Source of the DNA: Thermoleophilaceae bacterium
GTDB taxonomy: Bacteria > Actinomycetota > Thermoleophilia > Solirubrobacterales > Thermoleophilaceae
DNA length: 64,000 nt
Direction: 5' to 3'
Assembly: GCA_034664125.1 (NCBI GenBank)
Contig: JAXDIG010000023.1
Coordinates: forward strand, 4,025-68,024
This document shows positions 49,325 to 58,837 of this stretch, in pieces (position 1 is the first letter of the stretch; the number at the start of each line of letters is the position of its first letter). The notes under the pieces are model-generated. The model was given only the letters and a program-made list of their open reading frames with translations. It was not told the origin of the DNA and made no database searches. The translations under genes and the position numbers were made by a program.

Positions 49325-50077
49325 ATGCAGCCGGAGATCCACCTCGGACCGCTCACTCTCCAGACGTTCGGGATCGCGTTCGCGTTCGCCTTTCTCGCGT
49401 CGGGTGCGCTCTTCGCCCGCCGCATGCAGGAGCTCGGCAAGCCGCCCGACTGGACCTACGAGGCCGTCTTTGCCGCGCTGGTCGGCGGGCTGGTCGGGTC
49501 GCGGCTCGACTACGTCATCCAGAACTGGGACACGGTGTCCGGCGACCTCCTCGGGAACATCTTCTCCGGCTCGGGGCTGGTCTTCTTCGGGGGCCTGATC
49601 GGCGGCGCCGTCGGCGTGCTGCTGTGGGCGCGCTGGCGCGGCTTCCTCGGCTGGGAGCTGCTCGATTCGTCCGCCGCGCCGATCGCCATCGGCTACGCGG
49701 TCGGGCGGATCGGCTGCCAGCTGTCGGGCGACGGCGACTACGGAGAGCCCTCCGATCTGCCGTGGGCGATGTCCTATCCCGACGGGACGGTCCCCACCAC
49801 CGACGAAGTCCACCCGACGCCCATCTACGAGACGGTTTCGATGGGCCTGGTCACGCTGCTGCTGTGGAACCTGCGCGACCGGCTGGCGCCCGGAACGCTG
49901 TTCGGCCTCTACCTGATCCTGGGCGGGGTCGAGCGCTTCCTCGTGGAGTTCATTCGCCGCAACGACGCCGTCGCGGCTGGCCTCACCGTGCCTCAGCTGT
50001 TCAGCGTGGCGATGATGGCCGGCGGCGCGGCGCTGGTGCTGGCCCGCAGGAACGCGCCGCGGCCCGCGACGGCCTAG
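49325..50077 (+). CDS. lgt: Prolipoprotein diacylglyceryl transferase family protein
   Basis: The sequence reads GPLTLQTFGIAFAFAFL...GGLVGSRLDYV...GRIGCQLSGDGDYG...HPTPIYE. Confidence 0.75.
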   Translation: MQPEIHLGPLTLQTFGIAFAFAFLASGALFARRMQELGKPPDWTYEAVFAALVGGLVGSRLDYVIQNWDTVSGDLLGNIFSGSGLVFFGGLIGGAVGVLLWARWRGFLGWELLDSSAAPIAIGYAVGRIGCQLSGDGDYGEPSDLPWAMSYPDGTVPTTDEVHPTPIYETVSMGLVTLLLWNLRDRLAPGTLFGLYLILGGVERFLVEFIRRNDAVAAGLTVPQLFSVAMMAGGAALVLARRNAPRPATA

Positions 50078-50859
50078 GTCGCCCGGCCCGGCAGCACCGC
50101 CCCGACGCCCGCCGTCGCGCAGAGGACGAGCGCGACCGAGGCTCCCGCCGCGCTGCCGGCCAGCGCGGACAGCTGGATGCCGGCCACGCCGGCCGCCCCG
50201 GCCACGGCCGCTCCGGCGAGCATGGCGGCGCCGGGCGTGCGCACGTGGCGGCGAACCGCTACCGGCGGAGCCACCAGCACGGCCAGCACCAGCAGCGCGC
50301 CGAGGCCCTGCACGGCGACGGCGATGGCGGCGGCCATCATCCCGAGCAGCGCGATCCGTACCAGCCCGGGGCGCACGCCGAGCGCGCTGACGCCGGCGGG
50401 GTCGAAGGAGGTGGCGGTCAGCGGCCGCCGCAGCGCGGCGAGCGCCGCTCCGCCCGCGAGCAGCAGGGTGGCAGCGGCGGCCAGGTCGCCGTCGCTCGCC
50501 CCGAGCGGGTCGCCGAACAGAAGCTCCTCCAGGCGCTGGGGAGCGTCCGGGACGAGGGCGAGCAGCGACCCGAGTCCGACCAGCCCCGTTACGGCCACGG
50601 CCGTGCCGGTGTCGGGGCCGACCCGCGGGTCGCGCGCAGCCACGGCGATCAGGCCCGCGGCCACCAGCGCGCCGCCAGCGGCGCCGAGCAGCAGCGGCGC
50701 GCCGGCGAGCGCGGCCAGCACGAGCCCCGGCAGCAGGCCGTGCGAGAGCGACTCGCCCGCGTAGGCGAGGCGCTCGCTCAGCACCCAGAACCCGAGCGCG
50801 CCGCAGAAGCCGCCGGCGAGGACGATCTCCAGGGTGGCGCGCAGCTCGATGCCGCTCAT
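50074..50859 (-). CDS. Metal ABC transporter permease (ABC-3 family)
   Basis: The protein is polytopic and ABC-3-like. It starts MSGIELRATLEIVLAGGFCGALGFWV and contains FDP..A...G. Its ATG overlaps the ATPase gene stop. Confidence 0.8.
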   Translation of the reverse strand: MSGIELRATLEIVLAGGFCGALGFWVLSERLAYAGESLSHGLLPGLVLAALAGAPLLLGAAGGALVAAGLIAVAARDPRVGPDTGTAVAVTGLVGLGSLLALVPDAPQRLEELLFGDPLGASDGDLAAAATLLLAGGAALAALRRPLTATSFDPAGVSALGVRPGLVRIALLGMMAAAIAVAVQGLGALLVLAVLVAPPVAVRRHVRTPGAAMLAGAAVAGAAGVAGIQLSALAGSAAGASVALVLCATAGVGAVLPGRAT

Positions 50860-51617
50860 GGCTCGCCGTGTCCGTGGTCGTGGTGCTGGATCGTCACGGC
50901 ACGAGCGGCGCCCGTCTCGTCGAGCACGATCAGCTCGCGGCCGTAGGTCGCCTCGATCGTGGCGCGGTCGAGCGCCTCGGCCGGTGGCCCGAATGCGACC
51001 TGCCGGCCGTTCAGGCAGAGCACCAGGTCGAACCCGCGCGCGCCCTCCACGTCGTGGCTGGAGACGAGCAGCGTGCGGCCCTCGGCGCGCAGCTGCGCGA
51101 ACACCTCGTCGATCAGCTGCGCGCTCGCGGGGTCGACACCGGCGAGCGGCTCGTCCAGCAGCAGCACGGGGGCGTCCTGCACGAGCGCGCGGGCGAGCAG
51201 CGCGCGCTGGCGCTGGCCGCCGGACAGCTCGCCGAAGGCGGTGCCGGCCTCGTCGGCCAGCCCCACGCGCCACAGCGCCGCCCGCGCGGCGTCCCGGTCG
51301 GCCCTGCGCGGCGGGAGCCACCAGCGCCCGTGGGCCAGCGCGCCCATGAGGGCGACGTCGAGTGCGCTCACCGGGAAATCGAGCCGGGTGCGGTCGGTCT
51401 GGGCGACATAGGCGGGCCGCCCGCTCAGCTCCACGCGCCCGGTGACCGGCTGGAGCTCGCCGACCAGGGCCCGGAAGAGCGTGGTCTTGCCGCCGCCGTT
51501 CGGGCCGAGCACGCACACCGTCTGGCCGGGGGCGGCGGCGAACGTCACGTCGCGCAGCACCGGCCGGCCGTGGTAGCCGGCGGAGAGGTGCTCGACGAGC
51601 ACGGCCGGGGCGTTCAC
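50856..51617 (-). CDS. Metal ABC transporter ATP-binding protein (ZnuC/MntA-like)
   Basis: Walker A is GPNGGGKTT, the signature is LSGGQRQRALLARAL and Walker B is LLLDEP. A His-rich tail, HHDHGHG, is present. Confidence 0.9.
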   Translation of the reverse strand: MNAPAVLVEHLSAGYHGRPVLRDVTFAAAPGQTVCVLGPNGGGKTTLFRALVGELQPVTGRVELSGRPAYVAQTDRTRLDFPVSALDVALMGALAHGRWWLPPRRADRDAARAALWRVGLADEAGTAFGELSGGQRQRALLARALVQDAPVLLLDEPLAGVDPASAQLIDEVFAQLRAEGRTLLVSSHDVEGARGFDLVLCLNGRQVAFGPPAEALDRATIEATYGRELIVLDETGAARAVTIQHHDHGHGEP

Positions 51618-52447
51618 GCCACCGCCGCTCCGGCGCGTGCGCCGCGCAGGCCGGTTCCGAGCGCGAGCACGGCGTAGGTCAGCGACCCGAGCACCGCCAC
51701 CGGCGGCCCGGGAGGAAGGTCCAGCCAGTAGGCGGCGTACAGCCCTAGCACCCCCTCGCCGAGGGCGAGCGCCACCGACCACGCGAGCAGGGCCGGGATG
51801 GTCCGGGCGATCAGCCGCGCGGCGGCGCCGGGCAGCACGTAGATCGCCGATACGAGCAGCGCCCCTACCGCGGGGATGGCGGCCACGGCGGCCACCGCCA
51901 CCAGCGCCAGGAGCAGGAAGTCCGCGCGCGCGGCGGGCAGGCCGAGCGCCGGCGCACCGTCGGGGTCGAAGGCGATCGCCGACCAGGCCCGGCCAAGCGT
52001 CAGGGAGGCGACCGCAACGAGCGCCACCGTGGCCGCCGACAGTGCCAGGTCGGCCGGCTCGAGGCCGAGCAGAGTGCCGAACAGCAGGCGGTCGACGGCG
52101 GCGCCGGACTGGAACACGTCGCTGGCCAGCACCACGCCGCCGGCGAGGGCGGCCACCAGCAGCAGCGCGGTGGCCTCGCTCGGCTCCCGGCCGGCGCGTC
52201 CGGCGCGCTCGACGCCGCCGGCGTAGCCGAGCGCGACGGCGAGCCCCGCGAGCAGCGGGCTGAACCCCGAGGCGTCGGCGGCCACCAGCCCCGGAAACGT
52301 GGCCGACCCCACGGCGTGCGAGAAGAAGGCGAGCCGCCGCAGCACGATCCACGCGCTCAGCAGGCCGCCCGCAGCCGCGAGCAGCACCACCTCCGCGAGC
52401 GCCTCGCGCAGGAACGGCAGATCGGCCACGTCCAGTGGGGAGGGCAT
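51614..52447 (-). CDS. Metal ABC transporter permease (ABC-3 family)
   Basis: The sequence reads LREALAEVVLLAAAGGLLSAWIVLRRLAFFSHAVGSATFPG...FDPDGA. It is the first gene of the permease-ATPase-permease operon. Confidence 0.82.
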   Translation of the reverse strand: MPSPLDVADLPFLREALAEVVLLAAAGGLLSAWIVLRRLAFFSHAVGSATFPGLVAADASGFSPLLAGLAVALGYAGGVERAGRAGREPSEATALLLVAALAGGVVLASDVFQSGAAVDRLLFGTLLGLEPADLALSAATVALVAVASLTLGRAWSAIAFDPDGAPALGLPAARADFLLLALVAVAAVAAIPAVGALLVSAIYVLPGAAARLIARTIPALLAWSVALALGEGVLGLYAAYWLDLPPGPPVAVLGSLTYAVLALGTGLRGARAGAAVA

Positions 52448-52466
52448 GCGCCCCTGGAGCCTAAAC

Positions 52467-52479
52467 GAGAATGATTCTC
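52467..52479. promoter_or_regulatory. Fur/Zur-like palindrome GAGAAT-G-ATTCTC upstream of the metal ABC operon
   Basis: It is a perfect 6-1-6 inverted repeat in an AT-rich island, 20 bp upstream of the permease start. It resembles the actinobacterial Zur box core (TGAAAATGATTTTCA). Confidence 0.55.
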
Positions 52480-52586
52480 AGTCCTGCGCAAGATAAATGA
52501 GCATTTTCTTCACCAGATGACCCAAAGGTTCCATAACATTGGCTCCAGGGAATGAAGGACACACTCTGAAAGCTTCTCGCGCCTAT

Positions 52587-53393
52587 ATGGCCGGCCTCGG
52601 CACCACCGGGGTCCTGATCGGGTCCTTCTTCCTGCTGCTGACCGTCGGCAGCACGCTCGTGGCGTTCCGCGGCGTGCCCGGCCAGGCCAGCAACGGCGAC
52701 CTCTCCCGCATCGAGCTGCGCCAGCAGCGCGCGGCCGCAGCGCAGGCCGAGCCGACGCTACTCGCGAGCAACCTGCTCGGCAAGGCGGATGTCGCCGCCA
52801 ACGATGCGGCCGGCGCTTCCGGAGACGTGTTCGGCCAGCGGGCCAGCGGCCAGGACGGCCCCGCGGGTCAGATTCAGGAAGGCACGGGCGCCAACGGCCC
52901 CGACGCTCTGCGTCCGGGGGCTCCGGGGGCCCCGGTCGAGAAGTCCCTTGGCACTCCCGTTCAGAGCCCCGCGCCCGGAAGCGGCACCGGCGTCGTCGAG
53001 GTACCGGCCGTCCCCGGCGGCGACCCGGGCTCGGGCAACGCCACCGGGCCGACCCCCGGGTCGGATAGCGGGAGCGGGTCGGACAGCGGCTCGGGCTCTG
53101 GCACCGGCACCGGCTCTGGCACGGGCACCGGCACCGGCACCGGCTCTGGCACCGGCACCGGCACGGTCAGCGACACCGGCAGCGGCAGCGGCTCGAATCC
53201 CGGAAGCGGGACCGGCTCCGGCGCCGGTGGAGCGGTTGGCACGGTGGGCGACACGGTCGAGGACGCGACCGGGGCGGCCGGCACCGTGGTCGGTGGGACC
53301 GGCCCGGCGGCCGGGCTGACCGATAGCGGCACCGCGGCCGGCGGTGTGCTCGGCGACGCCACCACGGCCGTCGACACCCTGACCGGCGGCTAG
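52587..53393 (+). CDS. Membrane-anchored low-complexity Gly/Ser/Thr-rich protein
   Basis: The N-terminal transmembrane segment is GVLIGSFFLLLTVGSTLVAF. A long GSGSDSGSGSGTGTGSGTGTG... tract follows. The start is uncertain (TTG 52539 or ATG 52587). Confidence 0.55.
   Translation: MAGLGTTGVLIGSFFLLLTVGSTLVAFRGVPGQASNGDLSRIELRQQRAAAAQAEPTLLASNLLGKADVAANDAAGASGDVFGQRASGQDGPAGQIQEGTGANGPDALRPGAPGAPVEKSLGTPVQSPAPGSGTGVVEVPAVPGGDPGSGNATGPTPGSDSGSGSDSGSGSGTGTGSGTGTGTGTGSGTGTGTVSDTGSGSGSNPGSGTGSGAGGAVGTVGDTVEDATGAAGTVVGGTGPAAGLTDSGTAAGGVLGDATTAVDTLTGG
53060..53228 (+). repeat. Hexanucleotide-type tandem repeats (GGC-WSY)n encoding (GS/GT)n
   Basis: The tract reads GGCTCTGGCACCGGCACCGGCTCTGGCACGGGCACCGGCACCGGCACCGGCTCTGGCACCGGCACCGGC by direct reading. 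Confidence 0.8.
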
Positions 53394-54109
53394 CGCTTCG
53401 CGCCCAGCCGCCCCTCGGCGGCCGCCAGGATGAAGCGGCGCGACTCCGCCTGCAGCTCGAGGTCGTGCTGCAGCGAGCGGTGGTGCCCGCCCGGCAGCAC
53501 CAGCAACCGCTTCGGATCGTGCGCCGCGGCGTACAGCTCCTCGCTGACGGTCCACGGGATCTGCTCGTCCCCGCGGGCGTGCAGGAGCAACAGCCCCGTC
53601 CGGGGCCCGAAGCTGCGCGCCGCCTGGTAGATGTCGTGCGACGCCAGCCACTCGCGCGTGGCGTGCACGTCGCACCGGAAGCGCAGCGGCTCCTCGGAAC
53701 GCAGGCTGCGCAGCAGCAGCTCCTCGGGGGCCGGGCAGATCGCCACGACCGCGCACAGCGACGGGTCACGCGCGCCCGCGTGAATCACCTGAAAGCCGCC
53801 CATGCTCGACCCGCGCAGCGCGACGGGGCTCGCGTGGCCGCGCAGCAGCTCGACCATCGCGAGGGCGTCGTCGATCGCGCCCGGCCCGAACGCTCCCTCC
53901 GAGCGGCCGTGCCCGCGCGCGTCGTAGGCCAGCGCCGCGATGCCATCCGCGCGGCAGCCGCGGGCGAAGTCGAAGTGCGATTCCTTCGCAGACCCGGCTC
54001 CGTGAAGGATCACCACCCCCGCCCTGGGCTCTCCCGCGGGCAGGAACAGCGCGTAGGCCAGGCCGTCCAGCTCTCCCAATTCGGGTGGCTCGGGCGTGGG
54101 GTGCTCCAT
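53390..54109 (-). CDS. Alpha/beta hydrolase
   Basis: The protein starts MEHPTPEPP and contains VVILHGAGS and the nucleophile elbow GSSMGG. The C-terminal part has HARGDEQIP and GGHH. Confidence 0.8.
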   Translation of the reverse strand: MEHPTPEPPELGELDGLAYALFLPAGEPRAGVVILHGAGSAKESHFDFARGCRADGIAALAYDARGHGRSEGAFGPGAIDDALAMVELLRGHASPVALRGSSMGGFQVIHAGARDPSLCAVVAICPAPEELLLRSLRSEEPLRFRCDVHATREWLASHDIYQAARSFGPRTGLLLLHARGDEQIPWTVSEELYAAAHDPKRLLVLPGGHHRSLQHDLELQAESRRFILAAAEGRLGAKR

Positions 54110-54153
54110 CGGGCGCCGATCATCGCAGGGCCGCTGCTTCATAATCGCCGCGC

Positions 54154-55386
54154 ATGGCGGCGGTGGCGGTTTCGCACGTATATCCCCTGGGCTCGCGCCT
54201 GAACGAGCAGGGCCGGCTCGAGGTCGGCGGCTGCGACGTCGTCGAGCTCGCACGCGAGTTCGGCACGCCGGCCTACGTGTACGCCGAGGACGACATGCGC
54301 GCCCGGGCGCGCGCCTACGTCCAAGCGTTCGACGAACGCGCCACCAGCTTCGAGGTGATCTACGCGAGCAAGGCGTTTCCCTGTACGGCCGCATACCGGC
54401 TGTTCGCCGAGGAGGGCCTGTCCACTGACGTGGCGAGCGCCGGCGAGCTGCACCTCGCTCTCGCCGGCGGCTTCCAGCCGCAGCGCATCTACATGCACGG
54501 CAACAACAAGACGCCCGCCGACCTCGACTACGCGCTCGAGGCGGGGGTGGGCCATATCGTCGTCGACTCCTTCGACGAGATCGACCGCCTGCGCGGGCGC
54601 GAGGCGCGCGTCCTGGTGCGCGTGACGCCCGGCATCAAGCCGTCGACACACTCGTACATCCAGACCGGCCAGGAGGACTCCAAGTTCGGCTTCGGGCTGG
54701 ACGACGTCCCCCGGGCGGTCGCCGCCTGCGGCGAGGCGGGGCTCCAGGTGGACGGCCTGCACGCGCACATCGGCTCCCAGGTCTTCGACCTGGAGGCGTT
54801 CGAGCGCCTGGCCGAGGTGCTGGCGGGCATGGGGGACTGGCCGCTGCTGAACCTCGGCGGCGGCCTCGGCATCGCGTATACGCGCGACGAGCGGCCGCCG
54901 GCGATCGAGGAGTACGTGGACGCCCTGCTGCGCCACGCGCCCGAGGACGCGACCGTGCTCTGCGAGCCGGGACGCTCGCTGGTGGGCAACGCCGGCGTGA
55001 CCATCTACACGGTCGGGACGGTGAAGCGGATCCCCGGAGTCCGCACCTACGTGGCGGTGGACGGCGGGATGTCCGACAACCTGCGCCCGATGCTGTACGG
55101 CGCCCGCTACGAGGCGGAGATCGCCGATCGCTTCGGCGGCGGCGACCAGGTCACGATCGCGGGCATGCACTGCGAGTCGGGCGACATCCTGGTGCGCGAG
55201 GCGCAACTCGACGACCCGCGGCCCGGAGACGTGCTCGTGACCCCCGCCACCGGCGCCTACGGCCACGCCATGGCGAACAACTACAACGCGCTGCTGCGCC
55301 CGCCGGTGATCTTCTGCAAGGACGGCGACGCGCGCGTGGTGGTGCGCCGCGAGACCTACGACGATCTGACCCGCCGTGACGCCTGA
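54154..55386 (+). CDS. lysA: Diaminopimelate decarboxylase
   Basis: The sequence reads GTPAYVY...YASKAF...HIGSQ...LNLGGGLGI...EPGRSLV...VDGGMSDN.RP.LYGA...CESGD. Confidence 0.93.
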   Translation: MAAVAVSHVYPLGSRLNEQGRLEVGGCDVVELAREFGTPAYVYAEDDMRARARAYVQAFDERATSFEVIYASKAFPCTAAYRLFAEEGLSTDVASAGELHLALAGGFQPQRIYMHGNNKTPADLDYALEAGVGHIVVDSFDEIDRLRGREARVLVRVTPGIKPSTHSYIQTGQEDSKFGFGLDDVPRAVAACGEAGLQVDGLHAHIGSQVFDLEAFERLAEVLAGMGDWPLLNLGGGLGIAYTRDERPPAIEEYVDALLRHAPEDATVLCEPGRSLVGNAGVTIYTVGTVKRIPGVRTYVAVDGGMSDNLRPMLYGARYEAEIADRFGGGDQVTIAGMHCESGDILVREAQLDDPRPGDVLVTPATGAYGHAMANNYNALLRPPVIFCKDGDARVVVRRETYDDLTRRDA

Positions 55387-56599
55387 CCCATTCCGGATCG
55401 GCCTGCTCGGCCACGGCACGGTCGGCTCCGCCTTCGCCAAGCTGCTCGAGGAGCGCGCCGGCGCCATCGAGGCCGAGGTCGGTCTGCGCCCCGAGCTGTC
55501 CGGCGTGCTCACGCGCAGTCAGGGCGACTTCGGCGACCTGCTCGAGCGCAGCGACCTGATCGTGGAGCTGATGGGCGGGCTGGAGCCCGCGCGCGACTAC
55601 GTGCTGCGGGCGCTCGAGGGCGGCCGCCACGTGGTGACCGCCAACAAGCAGCTGCTCTCCCAGCACGGGGAGGAGGTCTTCGACGCGGCGCGGCGCGGCG
55701 GCGTGCAGCTGCGCTTCGAGGGCGCCGTGGCCGGGGTGGTGCCCGCGATCCGGGTGATGGCGGAGACGCTGGCAGCCGCCCACATCGAACGCGTGCACGG
55801 GATCGTCAACGGCACGACCAACTACATCCTCACGCAGATGGCCGCCACCGGCGCTTCCTACGACGATGCGCTGCGCGAGGCCCAGGAGATGGGCTACGCG
55901 GAGGCCGATCCGACCGAGGACGTGACCGGCAAGGACGCCGCGGCCAAGATGGCGATCCTCGCCCGCCTCGCCTTCGGCGCGGTCGTGCGGCTCGATCAGG
56001 TGAGCTACGAGGGCATCGAGCGGATCACCGCCGACGACATCGCCTACGCCGGCGAGCTGGGCCTGTCGCTGAAGCTGATCGGCTCCGCGGAGCGGATCAA
56101 CGGAGGCGTGGCAGTGCACGTGCATCCGGCATTCCTCTACGCCGACCACCCGCTGGCGAGCGTGAACGGCGCCTTCAACGCGGTCACGATCGAATCGCCG
56201 GCGATCACCGAGATCACGCTGAGCGGACCGGGCGCGGGCGGCATCCAGACCGCGAGCGCGGTGCTGGGCGACGTGGTTTCGGCGATGATCCCGCCGCCGT
56301 CGCTGCCGCCGCCGGCCGTGGAGCTGCCGATCGTCACCGACGTCGAGTTCTCCTTCTACCTGCACCTCGAGGTGGCCGACCGGCCCGGGGTGCTGGCCCA
56401 GGTGGCCGAGATCCTGGGGATGCAGGCGGTGTCGATCAGGTCGGTGGTGCAGAAGGGCCTGGGCGAGGAGGCGCGGCTGGTCATGGTCATGCACCCGGTG
56501 CTGGAGTCGAAGTTCCGCGCCGCCGTGGACCTGCTCTCGCGGCTCGACTTCGTGCGCGAGCCGCCGCGCGTGATCCGCGTGATCGAGGAAACCTTCTGA
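55376..56599 (+). CDS. hom: Homoserine dehydrogenase
   Basis: The sequence reads [13 protein letters not shown]...VVTANKQLL...[13 protein letters not shown]...YAEADPT.DV.G.DAA.K. The C-terminus is an ACT domain. Confidence 0.93.
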   Translation: MTPDPFRIGLLGHGTVGSAFAKLLEERAGAIEAEVGLRPELSGVLTRSQGDFGDLLERSDLIVELMGGLEPARDYVLRALEGGRHVVTANKQLLSQHGEEVFDAARRGGVQLRFEGAVAGVVPAIRVMAETLAAAHIERVHGIVNGTTNYILTQMAATGASYDDALREAQEMGYAEADPTEDVTGKDAAAKMAILARLAFGAVVRLDQVSYEGIERITADDIAYAGELGLSLKLIGSAERINGGVAVHVHPAFLYADHPLASVNGAFNAVTIESPAITEITLSGPGAGGIQTASAVLGDVVSAMIPPPSLPPPAVELPIVTDVEFSFYLHLEVADRPGVLAQVAEILGMQAVSIRSVVQKGLGEEARLVMVMHPVLESKFRAAVDLLSRLDFVREPPRVIRVIEETF

Positions 56600-57588
56600 G
56601 TCTCTGGCGCTACCACGACCGGCTGCCGGCCGACCCGCTGGTGACGATGGGCGAGGGGGACACCCCGCTCGTGCCCGCGCCGAGGCTGTCGGAGCTGACC
56701 GGGGCGGACGTGTGGCTCAAGCTCGAGGGCGCCAACCCGACCGGCTCGTTCAAGGACCGGGGCATGACCGTGGCGGTGAGCGCCGCGATCGCCGAGGGGG
56801 CCGAGGCGATCATCTGCGCCTCCACCGGCAACACCGCCGCCAGCGCCGCCGCCTACGCCGCCCGGGCCGGGCTGCGCGGGGCCGTGATCGTGCCCGAGGG
56901 CAAGATCGCCACCGGCAAGCTGGCGCAGGCGCTGATGCATGGAGCTCGGGTGATCGCGCTGCGCGGCAACTTCGACGAGGCGCTCGCGCTGGTGCGCGAG
57001 CTGGCGAAGCGACATCCGATCGCGCTGGTCAACTCGGTCAACGACTTCCGCATCGAAGGGCAGAAGACGGGCGCGTTCGAGGTCTGCGACGAGTTCGGCG
57101 AGGCGCCCGACGTGCTCTGCATCCCGGTTGGGAACGCCGGCAACGTGACGTCCTGGTGGAAGGGATTCCAGGAGTACGGGGAGGCGCCCCGGATGCACGG
57201 CTACCAGGCCGAGGGCGCCGCGCCGCTGGTGCACGGGGCGCCGGTGGAGAACCCGGAGACGGTGGCCTCGGCCATCCGGATCGGCAACCCGGCGCGCTGG
57301 GAGGACGCGATGAACGCGTTCACCTCCTCGCGTGGCGAGGTGCGGGCGGTGTCGGACGCCGAGATCCTGGACGCCTACTCGCTGCTGGGCGCGCGCGAGG
57401 GCGTGTTCTGCGAGCCGGCATCGGCTGCCTCGGTGGCCGGGCTGCTCAAGTACGGCGCGGAGGGCCGCGTGGTGTGCGTGCTGACCGGCCACGGGTTGAA
57501 GGACCCGCAGACGGCGATGAACCGGGCCGCCTCGGTGGTCCCGTGCGAGCCCGACATCGAGAGCGTCGAGGAGGCCGTGCTCGGGTGA
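56596..57588 (+). CDS. thrC: Threonine synthase; the start is probably CTG 56596 in a cTGA overlap with hom (the track start GTG 56641 looks truncated)
   Basis: The sequence reads GEGDTPLV...[17 protein letters not shown]...STGNTAAS. In-frame upstream codons give [16 protein letters not shown], which matches the conserved ThrC N-terminus (W.G.I..Y...LP). Confidence 0.88.
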   Translation: MSLWRYHDRLPADPLVTMGEGDTPLVPAPRLSELTGADVWLKLEGANPTGSFKDRGMTVAVSAAIAEGAEAIICASTGNTAASAAAYAARAGLRGAVIVPEGKIATGKLAQALMHGARVIALRGNFDEALALVRELAKRHPIALVNSVNDFRIEGQKTGAFEVCDEFGEAPDVLCIPVGNAGNVTSWWKGFQEYGEAPRMHGYQAEGAAPLVHGAPVENPETVASAIRIGNPARWEDAMNAFTSSRGEVRAVSDAEILDAYSLLGAREGVFCEPASAASVAGLLKYGAEGRVVCVLTGHGLKDPQTAMNRAASVVPCEPDIESVEEAVLG

Positions 57589-58439
57589 ACCGGCACAGGG
57601 TCGTTCGCGTGCCGGCGTCGTCGGCGAACCTCGGCCCCGGCTACGACGTGCTGGCGGCGGCGCTCGGCATCGAGCTCGAGCTGGAGGTGGAGGAGACGGG
57701 TGAGTTCTCCGTCTCTTCAGACATTCCGGGCATCCCGCTCGACCGTTCGAATCTGTGCGTGCGGGCCTTCGAGCGCCTGCACTCCGCCGACGGCGTGCGC
57801 TTCTCGATCCGCTCGGCGATTCCGCCGGCCGCGGGGCTCGGGTCGAGCGCCGCCGCCATCGTGGCGGGGCTGTGCGCCGCGGACCACATGTACGAGCTGG
57901 ACGCGCCGCTGTTCGACCTGGCCGCCGAGCTGGAGGGGCATCCCGACAACGTCGCGGCGGCGCTGCTGGGCGGGTTTGCGATCTGCGTCGACGGCGAGCA
58001 ACCGGTGCGCTTCGAGCCGCCGGCGGGGCTGGAGGGCGTTCTGGCGATCCCTGACTTCGAGGTGGAAACTGCGGCGGCCAGGGCGGCGCTGCCCGAAACC
58101 GTGCCGCTCGCTGACGCCGCGTACAACGTGGGGCATGCCTCGTTGCTCGTCCTCGGGCTGGCCCACGGCGACTTCTCGCTGATCGGGCGGGGCCTGCGCG
58201 ACGCGCTGCACCAGCCGCGCCGCCGGGAGCTGTATCCGAGGTCGATGGAGCTGGTGGAGCGGGCGGAGCAGCTGGGCGCGGTGGGGGCGACGATCTCCGG
58301 CGCGGGGCCGACCGTGCTGTTCTGGTGCCACTGGGAGCAGACCGGGCCGCTGGTGGAGCGGCTGCGCGGCGAGGCACCGGAGTGCGAGGTGCGGCGGGTG
58401 ACGTTCGCGCCGGGCGGGGCGGACGTGAATGCCCTCTGA
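57585..58439 (+). CDS. thrB: Homoserine kinase
   Basis: The sequence reads [15 protein letters not shown]...[16 protein letters not shown]...[13 protein letters not shown]...ISGAGPT. The GTG overlaps the thrC stop (GTGA). Confidence 0.92.
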   Translation: MNRHRVVRVPASSANLGPGYDVLAAALGIELELEVEETGEFSVSSDIPGIPLDRSNLCVRAFERLHSADGVRFSIRSAIPPAAGLGSSAAAIVAGLCAADHMYELDAPLFDLAAELEGHPDNVAAALLGGFAICVDGEQPVRFEPPAGLEGVLAIPDFEVETAAARAALPETVPLADAAYNVGHASLLVLGLAHGDFSLIGRGLRDALHQPRRRELYPRSMELVERAEQLGAVGATISGAGPTVLFWCHWEQTGPLVERLRGEAPECEVRRVTFAPGGADVNAL

Positions 58440-58809
58440 GGTCGAGGCCGCCGGTGGCGTGGTCATGCGCGACGGCCGGGTGGCGCTCGTGCATCGGCCT
58501 CGCTACGACGATTGGACGCTGCCCAAGGGCAAGCTGGATCCGGGTGAGTCGTACGAGCAGGCCGCGCTGCGGGAGGTCCGCGAGGAAACGGGGCTGCGCG
58601 CGCGGCTGGTGCGGGAATTGCCCTCGACCGACTACTCGGTGCGGGGACGGCCGAAGGTCGTGCGCTACTGGCTGATGGACGTGGAGTCCGATCCCGGCTT
58701 CGAGCCGAATTCCGAGGTCGACGAGGTGCGTTGGCTTTCTCCCCGCGACGCCGCTGCGCTCTTGACGTACGACCGCGACAAAGAGGTGCTCGAAGCGGCC
58801 GTTCGTTAG
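58429..58809 (+). CDS. NUDIX hydrolase
   Basis: The Nudix box is GKLDPGESYEQAALREVREETGL. Confidence 0.88.
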   Translation: MPSEVEAAGGVVMRDGRVALVHRPRYDDWTLPKGKLDPGESYEQAALREVREETGLRARLVRELPSTDYSVRGRPKVVRYWLMDVESDPGFEPNSEVDEVRWLSPRDAAALLTYDRDKEVLEAAVR

Positions 58810-58837
58810 CTCGGAGCGCCGTGCCGGCCGGGCCTCC

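Noticed and set aside
50074-52352. The track ORFs 50074..51516 and 50856..52352 read as 480-aa and 498-aa proteins.
   Set aside because: Their N-terminal halves are out-of-frame readthrough of the upstream gene. Internal starts at 50859 and 51617 give canonical ABC-3 permease and ATPase lengths with 4-nt overlaps.
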